Shown piece after piece: positions 35,079-35,113 of a stretch of 35,113 nt of DNA (within the stretch, counting starts at the first letter, position 1; every line of letters begins with the position of its first letter). The DNA comes from Octopus bimaculoides (taxonomy: Eukaryota). Location of the stretch: NCBI RefSeq assembly GCF_001194135.2, contig NC_069007.1, forward strand, positions 10,804,330-10,839,442. The letters run 5' to 3'. The notes beneath the pieces are model-generated. The model did no database searches. It worked only from the letters and a program-made list of their open reading frames with translations, and was not told the DNA's origin. The position numbers and the translations under genes were made by a program.

Positions 35079-35113
<35 letters not shown>

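Overview
AT-rich, repeat-dense eukaryotic DNA with seven N-gaps and no intact protein-coding gene that I can support. The SINE, RTE-tail and microsatellite landscape looks like an octopus genome; this is my inference from recalled repeat sequences, not a database result. The window holds many tRNA-derived SINE copies and 5'-truncated RTE LINE ends. It also has a ~2.2 kb decayed R4/Dong-type non-LTR retrotransposon, a decayed Tc1 transposase, mariner fragments and MITEs, TTAA-ended MITEs, foldback elements and minisatellites. The most interesting signal is three unrelated families of minimal type I hammerhead-ribozyme-like motifs with the Penelope-like-element (PLE) architecture of a palindromic stem III. 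One sits at 26498-26572, one as an inverted pair inside a foldback at 5410-5570, and one as two decayed copies near 14853 and 34975; each has a non-canonical core. A possible decayed C-type-lectin/EGF gene lies at ~2.9-4.4 kb (low confidence). All alignments, folds and counts were done by eye.
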